A stretch of DNA of 64,000 nt from Sphaerodactylus townsendi (Eukaryota): the NCBI RefSeq assembly GCF_021028975.2, contig NC_059433.1, positions 40,238,001 to 40,302,000 on the forward strand. The letters run 5' to 3'. Both the position numbers and the translations under genes were made by a program. The notes beneath the pieces were generated by a model. It was given only the letters and a program-made list of their open reading frames with translations. It was not told the DNA's origin and made no database searches. Positions 1 to 13,000 of the stretch are shown piece after piece (position 1 is the first letter of the stretch; each line of letters opens with the position of its first letter).

Positions 1-1039
1 GTGATAGTCCAAGGATTATTCATCATGAAATAAGGATTCGTTTTTAATTATCTAGCATGAGGCTGTATATTCATGCTGTTTAAATTTCTGATAAATTGCA
101 TTACTCCATTCACAATGTCATGCCCTTTCAGATGTTTCTGCAAGTTGATTTTGGACACATTTCCATCCTGAAAGATTTATTACAGATGCTTGGTTCTGCA
201 GTTCTAAAAACTGTAAATTTGTGTCTCCAGAGATAACATGCCTCTTCACAGCAAAAATGTTATAATATATACTTGCAGAGCTAGGAAAAAGACCATAATC
301 CCATTGCTTGTTTGCATATCTACATACACAGAATCAATCCCTTAAGGAAAAAAGAAAAACTGAGAGCCAGTGTGATACAGTTATCAGAGTGTCCAACTAG
401 GGTCTGGGAGATCCCACCAAATCCCCACTACGCTGTGGAAGCTTGCTAGGTGATTAATACGCTTCACATGGTTGATGCGAGGATGAAATGGTAATGAAAA
501 TCACATTAGCTGTTTCCGGTCCCCATGATGGAGAAAGGCAGTGTACCCACAAAAGAAATAAGTAGTCATTAAAGACAAAGACTTGGAGGCACATGGAAAA
601 AAGGCTGACTGATGAAGGGGAGAGATGGACTCAAGGAAAGAGGAGAGGAAATGGGGACAATCAGGAGATGAACAAAGAATAAATAGTGTGGCAGAGGGGA
701 TTCAGTGGGAAAATGAAGTGACTTCCTAAACTTTGTGGGCTCCTTGCTCGTTTACCACTTACCGCCCATGAGCCATTTCCTAACTCAAAACTCATACAAG
801 TGTTTGGAATGCAGAACATTCAGGGCCTGTTAATCAACAAACCACTTATCAGCAGTGCTAAGCTATGCCGTTCAGTTCTGCAAACGGGCTTCCTTGCATT
901 CGGTTCTGCAAACGGGCTTTCTTGACTGAACTCTTGGCAGTACATAAAATGCTGCTGACCCCTGCCCTGGCCTGCAGGACAGAGACCGAGACCAGCCGTC
1001 CAGATTTAGCCACCAGAAGATTGCATCCCAGGCTAAGAA

Positions 1040-1500
1040 GAGAGGAGCGGGCTGTCTCCAACCCTTAGGGCAGACAGAAACTGAGTGTCCCGCCTAGCCG
1101 GAAAACTGCAGGGCTCACAGAAGAGCCAGCGAGCAGCTTGCTTATCAGCAAAATGAGCTTTTCCACCCCCGACACACAAAGCAGAGGCTGCCGCCGCGCC
1201 TCACTTATTGGGGAGCCAGGACGGACCATTCAACTCAACGGGACTCGCCCTCGCCCAGCTCCTCACCTGAACAAAGCCACGGCGCAGTCGCGGGCGCTTT
1301 CCGCAGCCATCCCGTCCCCGGTTCTCTCCCAACCAACAATCGCTTCAATCGCTCGGCCACTCCTTCTTATGCGACGCGGGCCACCCTCGGGTCCGCCCTT
1401 CCGGGGAACCAGGCCGCGGGTCGGGAGGGGGGCTCGTTTCGCAAGGGGAGAACACAGTTGTTTCGGTCTGGTTTTAAGGTCAGGGTTTAATCTGGCCTCT
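1040..1500 (-). promoter_or_regulatory. CpG island / CIDEA promoter
   Basis: CpG-dense GC-rich stretch around the exon. TATA-like CATAAGA on the minus strand near 1364-1370. Confidence 0.65.
1267..1310 (-). CDS. CIDEA: CIDEA coding exon 1 (MAAESARDCAVALFR); the gene continues off the left edge
   Basis: ATG at 1310-1308, 44 bp, phase-2 donor AG|GTGAGG. Resembles the human CIDEA N-terminus MEAARDYAGALIR. Lies in a CpG island with the expected position and orientation relative to IMPA2. Confidence 0.8.
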
Positions 1501-1676
1501 GCAATTGAGGGCGCTTTATGGCTGGTAAAGGTTTCATTGTCGGTGACTTTGTAAACCGTTTTGTGGATTGGTTTTTACCGGCGGTTCCCCCTCTCCCAAA
1601 CCCATAAAGGTATCTCGTGGCAGCTTGAAAGCTGTCAGGTTTAATGAATCCTAATATTTCTTTTGATGAACCCCAG

Positions 1677-1972
1677 AGTAGCTTCATGTTGTAATGGTTA
1701 AGAGCAGTGGGCTCTAATCTGGAGAACCAGGGTTGATTCCCCACTCCTCCACATTGGTGGCGGGCTCTTATTTGGTGAAATGGATTTGTTCCCCCACTCC
1801 TATATTCCTGCTGGGTGACCTTGGGCTAGTCACAGTTATCTCAGCACTCTCCCAGCCCCATCTATCCCACAAGGTGTTTGCTGTGGGGCAAGAGAGGAAA
1901 ATGCGTTTATAAGCTCCTTCGAGTCACCTTACAGGAGTGAAAGGGAGGGCAGTACAAATCCAAACTGTTCTT
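1677..1972 (+). mobile_element. Squam3-like SINE
   Basis: Same head and body (TCTAATCTGGAGAAC, CTGGGTGACCTTGGGCTAGTCACAG). Related to 57118-57404. Confidence 0.75.
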
Positions 1973-2539
1973 GTTAGTCTTTCATAAGTCTGTTGGCCTT
2001 TAAGGTACTAGAAGATTATGGCTTTCTAGCTTTGCGAAGTAAATAATACTGACACTTTTTGTATGTTGGAAAAATAATGCCAAATACCAATTTGTGGACA
2101 GTAGAAAAGGATAGTCGTTATTGCAATAAAGAGGAACACATATGCATCTATTGTTAGCATGTTTGCTGGGAAGTAAGGTTCAGTGGAACTTTTTCTGAAT
2201 CCAATAGGTGAAAGACTTGTAGGATGTCTATAAATAGGTCCATTCCTTTCATTTTGCTCAAAACAAGGGAACTCTGAAAGCTGGGAGTGAAGTTTTTTGT
2301 TTCCTAACAAAGCTGTGTGCCGTTAACAATTGCATGAAAGGCAGATGTTCAATTGCCAGGAGAAGCTGCACATGTGCAATTAATTCATATTGCTTAGCTA
2401 TAAACTGACCCTGGAATTCTGTCAGAAAAATAAAACACTAATTCTGCCTGCACAATTGTATGGGGCAAAGGAGGAGGACGTGGTTAGTTGGCGGTGTAAC
2501 TTCATGTACATTATTAAATAGCATATTCTGAGGTTAAGA

Positions 2540-3950
2540 GTTCATAAGAACATAAGAACATAAGAACAAGCCAGCTGGTTCAGACCAAAGTCCATCTAGT
2601 CCAGCTCTCTGCTACTCGCAGTGGCCCACCAGGTGCCTTTGGGAGCTCACATGTAGGATGTGAACGCAATGGCCTTCTGCGGCTGTTGCTCCCGATCACC
2701 TGGTCTGTTAAGGCATTTGCAATCTCTCAGATCAAAGAGGGATCAAGATTGGTAGCCATAAATCGACTTCTCCTCCATAAATCTGTCCAAGCCCCTTTTA
2801 AAGCTATCCAGGTTAGTGGGCCATCACCACCTCTCCTCTGTGGCAGCATATTCCAAACAATTTCAATCACATCTATGCGTGCGAAGAAGTGTTTCCTTTT
2901 ATTAGTCCCCAATTCTTCCCCCCCAGCATTTTCTGCAATGAATGCCCCTCTGGTTCTAGGTATTAGGAGAAAGAGAGAAAAATTTCTCTCTGTCAACATT
3001 TTCTACCCCATGCATAATTTTATAGACTTCAATCATATCCCCTTAGTCAGCCTCCTCTCCAAACTAAAGAGTCTCAAACGCTGCAGCCTCTCCCCATAGG
3101 GAAGGTGCTCCAGTCCCTCAATCATCCTTGTTGCCCTTCTCTGCACTTTTTCTATCTCCTCAATATCCTTTTTGAGATGCGGCGACCAGAACTGGACACA
3201 GTACTCCAAGTGCGGTCGCACCACTGCTTTATATAAGGGCATGACAATCTTTTGCAGTTTTATTATCAATTCCTTTCCCAATGATCCCCAGCATAGAGTT
3301 TGCTCCTTTCTTTTCACAGCTGCCATGCATTGAGTTGACATTCCCATGGAACTATCAACTAAGACGCTTAAATCCCTTTCCCTCTGGTCTGTGACTTCTG
3401 ATAGCACTGACCCCTCAGAAGGTAGCGTGTATAGTGAAGTTTGATTTCGGGTTGCCCCTGTGTGCATCACTCTTACATTTTTTAAGCTACATTGGAACTG
3501 CATTTGCCATTTCTGGAGCCCACTCACCTAATTTATCAAGGTCCGCTAGGAGTTTTTTTGCAATCCTTTTTGTGGTTCTCACCACCTCTACATAATTTGG
3601 TATCATCTGCAAACTTGGCCACCACGCTACCCACCCCTACTTCCAGGTCTTCATTTATGAATAGGTTAAAGAGCACTGGTCCCAAAACGGATCCTTGGGG
3701 GACACCACTCCCGACATCTCTCCATTGTGAGAACTTCCCATTTACACCCACTCTTTGTTTCCTGTTTCTCAACCAGTTTTTAATCCATAGGAGGACTTCC
3801 CCTCTTATTCCTTCATTGCTGAGTTTTCTCAACAGTCTCTGGTGAGGAACTTTGTCAAAAGCCTTTTGGAAATCCAAGTAGACAATGTCCACCGGTTCAC
3901 CCCTGTCCACGTGCCTGTTTACACCCTCAAAGAACTCTAGTAAGTTTGTA
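2540..3950 (-). mobile_element. CR1 LINE, 5'-truncated 3' fragment (RT plus 3' UTR), frameshifted
   Basis: [38 protein letters not shown] and VRPHLEYCVQFWSP. 8-bp (CATAAGAA)n terminal repeat at 2543-2568. Confidence 0.93.
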
Positions 3951-4087
3951 AGTTCAAAAGTTTGTAAGTTCTAGTAAGTTCAAAAGTGTTAAAGGTCTGA
4001 TTCTTTGGGCCAAGGGTAATGGCTTCCAGGCAGGCTGCAGGAGACACTCTTATATTTAGGTCACAAACCAACCAGTTTATTTCACAG

Positions 4088-7000
4088 TTCTCAGAACCAA
4101 CATGAGACCTGCACTGATGTTAGCAGAATATGGATGGTGTCACAGATCTCAAGCAGAAACACAGTTGAGAGAATACTTAATGCAGACAAGATGGTTTGAA
4201 ATATATTTTAATCCCTATCATTTCCATCCTTTTTGTTCTGAAACCCAGTGATTTGATTAAGAGGTGAAAGATTTTAAAAGGACAGTGTCTGCATGTTAGA
4301 AATATTTCCTATTCCTATTGTGCCATTCTTATCTTAACACCTTATCTCTCAGCCCACATTGTTCCCTGTTACTACTGCTCCCAGAGTTCCTTGTCAAACT
4401 GTTTCCTTAACCCAATCTAGGATCGCCTGTCCTCTTCACCCAATCTAGAATCTCCTGACCTCTTCACCCAATCTAGCCAAGATGGGTCATGAAAGGTGAT
4501 AGCGCAAAGTAAACCCAGCATCATGGTACTTCGGAAATTCCTTTACTTTGAAATTCATCAGTTGCCATGGAGTGTGGTCAGTAGCTTGGTGCAACAATGG
4601 AGTGACAACATCTGTATACCATGCAGTCTGTAAAAGCATTAATTGCCATTAATATAGAATTTAGTGTCAAAGAATGGTATTCTGGATTAATCAGAACTGC
4701 AAGCAGGAATTTGTGGATGCAACCTTAAACAAAATACACATATTGGCAGAAAGTGTGCATGCTAAATATTTAAAGACAATTCATTTTGCCGCTTTCCCTA
4801 CTGCATTACATTATTTTATTTTTAATTTTGTTCTCACAACAAGTTCCATACAGAAAGAGGCAAGATACAAATGTAATACGCAAACAGTTCATAAAATATT
4901 TTAGTTATCTTTTGAATATTTAAGTCCTTGGCAAGTTTCTTAAAGTGTTAACTAGACCACATCTGCTAAGACAGCACAGATTTTTGCAGAAACTGTTATT
5001 ATAAGCTTAGGTTAGATCCCATGTTAAACCCATTCTCTAGGAGACCCAATCCAACGTCCGAGGTTGCTGGGGACAGTGCTACTGCCATGCTGCCCCACCA
5101 TTCCAGAGGGCTTTTAGGTGGTATGGACAGGCAGAAAAACAAACCTCCCTGATCTCCTGAAAACCCTCCATGGGACTAAAGGGTGGCATAAGTCCAGGGC
5201 GCCAGCCATGGCACTCACTGTGTGAAAGCCCGGGTGGAAGTCGACACCCTGGCCTACCCCTCCCCTGCAGTGGCATTCAATTGGACACCAGCGTAGCTCT
5301 GCAGCAGCATCCACTTCTGGGTTTTGCCACCACAGAGCTAAGGGACTGGTGCCTTTGCCCTCCAACTGCATGGGTGCCCCTTATGCTGGTGGAAGGGCCT
5401 TGCATCGCCTCTAATGACCCATTCCCCTCCCCCAATAGGATTGGGCTGTAAATTCTATTCACTTTGGTAGCTAGTTTCCCTAAAATAATGCAATTCAATT
5501 TCTGACTAAAGTCCATTTTTTAAGACAGGCAAAAGAGAAAAAAAATGCAAAGCTCATATTCATCTGTGATGGACTCAGCCAAAAATTGACCCCAGCTGCG
5601 TCCATTTCAAGGGAAGTTATGGCTACCTACACAATAAGTTGTGTCTAAATGATTGTGAATTGATACTTTTTGCTATTTATAACCGATGGCTATCACAGTA
5701 TGAACCAACAAATAATTAAAATTCAGCTACAAGGTCAATCTAGCCAAATAGCTGTCATACTGTCAAAGAACACTAAAAGGTAGATTTGGATTGTTTTAAA
5801 CAAAGGATCTTAAAAACAAGGTAATAATTTGTTGTAAAACATTTATTTTTTTGAGATCTGGGTACACAAAAAATATTGTGTCAGATATTTTGTTCATCAG
5901 CTAACAAATATTTTACAGAATCACAGATAATCAGTTTTCTGAGAATATCTGAAAGGAATCTGTCCATATCAGTAGAAGAATACATAAAGAATGGCTCTTT
6001 CACAACATGCATTGAAAGACTGAAAGTGGCACCTGCAGGAAGAATAAGTGGATGTTGGGGGAGGGGGCGCTTAAACTTTTCCCTGCCCACTAATCCTTTC
6101 TGGCAAATGGTCCTTGCACATCAATTTTAATCCTTCCATCTACAAAACCGAATGTGAACTTGGCAAGGAAGAAAATAACCTTGGGGAAAACAAGGCATTG
6201 GAGACAAGAATTGGCCGATATAGGAGGGATCAAGCACCCTTTCCTCCTCAGATCCTATTTACATCGCTATTGGCAATCGTGAGATTAGGCCTTTGCATTT
6301 GCTCACAACAAACTCCACCTTCACTCGACTTCCTTGTACTGTGTAACGCACCCAGGTTATTTAACTTCAATTCGGTATTCCAGTTCTATATTTCCATTTT
6401 ATTAACTTTCATCCATCCTCACCTAGAGTGATTAATGTGGGAGAAGGATGAGGATGGTATCAGACTGAATCCTGCAGGAGCCCCTCAACTCTGACACATT
6501 TGCTGCCCAACCTGTTTCTGAAGACAGCATAATCAAGCATATATGCTTCATTCCCAACACAGAGGGCACTGGCACTCCATGGTATAGAACCATTTTTCCT
6601 TATGTTCATTGATCGTGCGGACATTTTCCTCATTAATGCAAAGCCAGAAATGTGCAAAGCTGGGGCTCAGTTAACGGTCTGGCAACCTGATGCAGCAGCC
6701 TTGCTAAAGGTAAGAAAGGGTGGGCCTGTTTTAGGGTTGCCAGGTTATTGTTCAGCACCTTCAGGAACTTTGGAGGTGAAAGCCAAGACATATCAGCATA
6801 TTGGGGGAGACTCTGGAACTCCCCCAAAACTCATAGTTGAAAATTCCAGAGCATCACCTCATGTGCTGATGTCACATCCAGGGTTTCCCCCAGATGTTAC
6901 ATGGGCATTTCCACTGCCTGCATTCCTTCCACCAGCCTGGGCACAAGAGTGAGTGGGACAGCTGGAATATATCCTGCCCAGCGCGGGCAAACTGTAAGCT

Positions 7001-10000
7001 TAGTCTGATCAGCAACGTTTTAATTATTATTTGCAAAATGCTAAATGAAAAGATGAGGCATAAATATTTTCATAATATGTAAGAGCAGGATATCAGTTAT
7101 AATAAATATATCAAGGAATTTGCAAACCTGGCATGAAAATTGTTGCCATGATTTTGGTGAACTGTTTGATGCTGTCTGAGTCTACCTGTGATCCCCTTTC
7201 TAATCTCTTTCAGAATGTGATGAGGAGGCACAATAAGATTATCATCTGTTCTATTGATCTCAAAGGCATGCAAACAACACATTGACTTACAGCCCCATCC
7301 AAAGGGGGAAGGGCTTACAGGAGTGGAGTTGCCTTGCGCTGATGCATTTGTCCTCCCCGGGGCACTTACCCTGGCAGAAGGGGCAGACATGCTGGTGGCC
7401 ACCCACCACGTAGCCCCACTACCATAGACCCAGAAGTCTGCACTGGTGTCCCTCTTGGATGCCAGCATGTGGGGGACACACACACACATTCCTAGGGGTG
7501 GAGCCAACAATAGTCGACACTCACCTGGGGTTGAGGGCTGAGACGGTGGAGCCCTGGCCCTTGGACTCACACCACCCTTTTGGTGGCACAAGTCCTGTAT
7601 GCCCTATGGAGCTTTTTGGCAGTGGGTGAGGGTTTCAGGGCTTTTCCCTACTGCCTGCACTGCTGGAAAGCCCTCTTAAAGGCAGTGGGGAACCACTGCA
7701 TTGGTGTGGTTTCCCACTGCCCGTGATTGCATTAAAAAGTACAGCTCAAACTGATATATATTTACTCAGCAAAATAAGTCTAACTATCATGGAAGTTTTT
7801 TCTAGTGAAATGTGCACTGGACTATAGGTATACTTTTATTTATAGTTCTTTGTGCATCAATCAATTTTCAGTCAAATGTTTGCTGTATTGTTTAATATGA
7901 ATTGGCAGAACCAACCTATCTGATTTATATACGTGGAAGAACCAAAGCTTTCTAGGGGTTATCACCTAATGTAGTTTACACCGACTGTTTCAAATCATGT
8001 ACTTTTAATTATTATGTGTGTGTACAGATTTAAGTGCAGGCCCAAACAGAACAGAGACACTGCTTGGAGCGGGGAAAAAATCTCCAGTATTAAAAAAAAA
8101 AAAAAGTACATAAATTATTTTTGCCAGCAGGTGGCATAAATTTGTTGTTTTTCATTGAGTAGTGGAATATTCCAGAGCATCCATCTTTCTTTAAAAAATC
8201 AAATACTGGAAATGTGTTGCATTTTGTAATAAATTTGTTCATCTGCAAAAAATACACAAGAGTACAGAGATTGATTTGCTAACTGTATCTTTCAATCTGA
8301 TTGCTTCAGTGCCCCAAAACAAATCAGACACAGGCATGGATTAATTCAGACTCTGTAGTAGGCTTTGGAGAAACTTGAAAATAGTGACTAGTATCTCTGC
8401 TGTGGATTAACTCTGAAGCTCAAGGCACTGTCAGCAATGATATTGTGTGCGTGTCCTGAATTCAGTAGGTTCTTGTCTCTGACCTCACCCTGGACTTCTG
8501 GACATTTTGAAGCAAAGCAGAATTCAAGTCCAGAAAACATACATCAGTGTTCCTTTCTCTCTGTCCAAATTCAAGCTGACTCTTTCTTGATCTACGTACC
8601 ATATGAAAGATATGCTGCTGCAAATGTCAAAGTGTGAAGAGAATAGTGTCAGGTAATGCTAGAATTTTCCACCTATGCTATGGCTAGATGATGGCAGGTA
8701 GGGCAGCCAGGTATCCTGTTACAGTGGGAGCCTGGATAAGGCTGTTGCTGCCAATAAGGGTAGTTTGAGGAAAAAGGAAGAAAAAAGTAGTTTTGCCACT
8801 TCTAGTTAGCAACAGCCTTACAGTGCTTCCACAACACTGTGTTGTAACTTCTATCCTAGAGTTGTGGAAGCACTGTAAGAACTACCCTATGGTATTTACC
8901 ATATAGTTTTTACCGTAAAGATTTGAGAAATTCCTAGAGCAACAACTCAAAGCACCTTTGTGGCATCATGTACCATAACAGCTGCTAACCCTATGGGCAG
9001 GACTTTTTTTTTTTTTTATGGGCTCAGGCCTGGAGTTTAGTTACTAACCTCAAGATGGAACCTGGGATTCTCTTAGAATTACAACTGAACTCCAGATAGC
9101 AGCAATGAGCTTTCCTGGAGGAACTGGCAGCTTTGGAGCATGAACTCTATGGTGTCTTATCCCTATTGGGTTTTCTCCCCTCCCCAGCCTGAATCTGCTG
9201 GGCCCTGGCCCTTTAAGTCCCAGAAGCTAGAGCTGGCAGCCTTTTCTAGAGCATTCCCTCTTTTTAGGCCTCTTCCCTTTAGATTCAACTTGAACAAGGA
9301 CCAGTAATTCTTGCTCCCAGTTAGGTCCAACCTTCCAAATAATATTTCCCCCAGCAGTCATTTCCCCTTCAAACCCACTCCACAAACCGCTTCTTTATCC
9401 CTGGTGGAAAAGATTTAGAGCCAGCTTGGATTTCTTCCAAAAGAACACCAAGTAATAGGTTAAAACAAAGGAGGCAAACAAAACAAACTACTGTGGAACA
9501 AGTTGCCTAGCAATAATGCTAATTATGGTGACTAGAATGAATTTATTGCTATGCATTAGATTTACTAATTTCCCCCATTCTTTTCTATAGCATAAATTTC
9601 ACTTAAATAAAGACAGAGTGCCAAACAAGAGGTTTACTAGAAATTGCATGAGCAGACAACATACAAGCACTTTTGAGCAAAACTGTAGTGAGTCTGTTAA
9701 CTTTCCTGTTAGCTCAGCCATTTGAGGTTAAAGTTAAGCAGTAGTAGTTACCGAGCAGTTGCTAAGGAAAAGTTTAATGTGCTGTAAGAAAAGTGGGCTT
9801 AAACTAAATCTTATATACTGAACTGAGTTGTGCCATCTCCGAACCATATTATGTAACGTGATGCTGGTGCATAGTAAACCTGTGGACTCTAAAGAATGAT
9901 AATTTTATTCTACGCTTTGGAATAAAGTAGGAACTTATTCAGTTTTTACATTGTGTTACACTGAGCTCCTATAAAGAATAGCAACAGTTTTCAAGAATTT

Positions 10001-13000
10001 GTCCAAACACCATCTGATCTACTACCAAACACAACATTCAAATGCACAGTAGTACACACTGAATTCAGATGCTTGAGAAATAACAGTGTTGCTCTTAGGT
10101 TTAAAAAAAAACGAGTTGCTCCTTGTACCTATATGTTGGTATTTTTACTTAGCTTTACTCCTACACTGAAGGTGCAGATCAGATCTCACTGTGATTTAAG
10201 CTGTAGCCAAGTTGCTGCCTCCTCATACAGTGTACTTGACAGATGTACAGGCCAACAAATCAAATGCTAATTTGGACAGCTGTCCTTCTATGCCCTAAGA
10301 TACACAGACTAGGGCCATTTTTGAACAAATCCACCCATTTAAAGTAATTATTAAGAAGAGCCATTACTTTAAGAGTCTAGCACATTGCACCAGATGCACT
10401 GAATGGGAATGCATTGTACCTTCCATTCCAAGTGGAACACTGCATTTGCACATAAGAGGTAGTAGTAGGTCTCCTATATTTTAAAAAAATTATCAATCAT
10501 GAATGCACCACCTTTACCGAGCAAGAAAATTGATAAATATTAGAGAAGTTATTTTATTGTTACAACTGATATCCAACACAAGAGAAAACTGTTGGCAGCT
10601 AAAGTTGATCTACTCTGGTAGTGTCCATCTGCCACGAAACAATGGTAACCAAACACTCTTGTACAGATCAGCGGGGCATAAATGATAACAGCTATTCCTT
10701 TTTTTAAAAAATTCATATTGGATAAGCACAAGCACATTCCTTCCGAAAAATCAACAGGATGCACTATGTTCATAAGTTCCGGCGGGAAAAAACGGGATCC
10801 CAAATTAAGGATACTTATTATGGCTGGCAGCCACTGATCCAGCCTCTATTAATTTGTCCAAACCTCTTTAAAAACCATCTAAGCCTTGGGCCATCACCAC
10901 ATCTTGAGGTGACTCCTGCGAATATGCAGTGCTTCAACCTATTACCAACCAGTTCATTTGAGAATACATATGCTTCAGTATAGACAGGCTGAAATTTACT
11001 ATTCATGGAAAGCCACAGCATTTACAAGACTTTACTAACATGCATTAATGCTCATAGCCCTTTATGAGGTAGAGATGTATGTATTTCTCAGTAAGATTTA
11101 ACAGCAGACAGGTAATGGAGAACAAGCTGGAGTCACAATTTATGGTAGTGTTCACAACTCCCTTTCATATTTCAGCATTCAGTTAGATGCCATTAAAGGA
11201 AATCATACACCTTCCAAACAATTCTGATGTAAATGCAGCTTATACAGCACTTGATCTGTACAGAATGTTTAATGCTACACAATAGCACTTTTCCCTCTAG
11301 ATTTAGTAAACTTTTTGGGGATATGGAATTCCTCACTGTCTGTGTAACTTTGAGTGAAAAATATTCTTACTGTGTGTGTATCAAATAAGTATCAATGTTA
11401 TTAAAAGACCAAGTAGTATTGTTTTTCAAGGGCATGTGATGGGGGTTGGGTGATGTAAAAAAATAAGTTCACAATTAGGACTAAACTCCTTTGTTCATTC
11501 TGGTCTTCATATATCTCAAGTCAAAGTATCATTCACAAACAAATTGCTTACAGCTGATAAATGCTCTATGAGCAATCATCAAAATGCTGTATAGTTTCTG
11601 AACAAAAATGCAACCCTAACTTTCAAATCAAGGAGTTAGAATGGCCTAATAGCCAAAATACTTACAGCGGAATCCTACAGTTACAGCCTTCTACATCCAT
11701 TTAAATCATTAGGCTTAGAAGGGTGTTGCTGTGTTCAGAATAGGACTGCTGTTAGAAATCACACTCCTTGGTTTTAATCTCACCTCTGCAATTAATTCAC
11801 TAGGCAGATGTAGACTAGCCACCACCATTTCTCAGTTTTCACAACAGCAATAATGGCAGAATACTGACACACTTTACAAGGTGGTTGTAAAGGGTACAAA
11901 GTAATAATGGGAAGTGTTTTGAAAACTCTAAAGTGCTTAATAATACACATTCGTGCTTAGAAATACATGCCCTGGGAATATTTATTTACTTACTGTACAT
12001 GTCCATCACCAAAGTCCCTGAATAAACCTTTACCTAGAGAATGGGCATTTTAATTTTTCAGTGTCACTTTGCAATTTAAGCACATTTCAAAATTAAATAA
12101 CATGGGAGAGCACTTAAAGTCTCAGTATTACATTCTGTGTAGTCTCGGACTGCAGTGGTTATATAATGTCAAGGTTTATAAAGCAGTGATTCTAGGCTAA
12201 TAGTCTAATTATTAGCAAATGATGACTAGTTGCCAACTGGTTCCTAAGATTCTTGTGCCTAATGACTATAAAACAGGAATGAATTCAGCATGCTCCGATT
12301 TTCCATTCTTAGGGATGCATTGAATAGAGCAGTTGCAATGTTGCTTTTTCATTACCATATAAGTGAGACAGGCAAAGATGCATCTTTCTGGAAATGAGTT
12401 GACTGTTTTGTGAGGCAGAAGTTAAGTTACTAGGCAATCATTCAAATATGGCATTAACACAATAATTTAGCATTGGCACAAGAATTGTGTACCCACATAA
12501 AGGAATCAAAAGCTGACCATTAAAAAAAATTAAACTTACAAAATTGGTCCTAGCCTTTAGCACCTGTATTTGTAAGGCCTTTTTACATACAACAGTTTAG
12601 TAGCATTATAATATGATGTGTTAAGCACATTCTTCAAGGTTTCACTAAGGCCGTTTCTGCACGGCCAGGAGGCGCCCCCACGCCGGCAGGAGTTCTGCCG
12701 GGGGCGAGTCTGCTGCACGCAAGCGTCGCGAGCAGGCGAAGAGCGGCAGAGCTTTTGGCTCAAGACGAGTCGCCTCTCTGCCCTCACTCGACGTCCGGAA
12801 ATTGCCTGCGGGCGTCGCAGCCCATGCGACGCTGCCCTCCGACCCCTGGAGGTCGGAGGACAGTGTGGGCGGCTGCGACGCTCGCAGGCTGAATGCAACG
12901 CTGAGGACACCGCGGAGGGCGGAGATGGAGACAGCGTCTCGGCGCGCTGTTCGCGACCGCAGCCTTAGGAAGACGCTCCCTCCCCAACAACAACCCTTTA

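Noticed and set aside
4409-4476. 28-bp repeat x2.4 (and a 19-bp x2 repeat near 47586)
   Set aside because: Simple local tandem duplications without spacers. They are not CRISPR-like, and this is eukaryotic DNA.
5881-6032. Minus-strand terminal-exon candidate (GATFSLSMHVVKEPFF...) with a good acceptor and downstream AATAAA
   Set aside because: No partner exons or recognisable homology, and the + frame over the same bases is equally open. Left unresolved.
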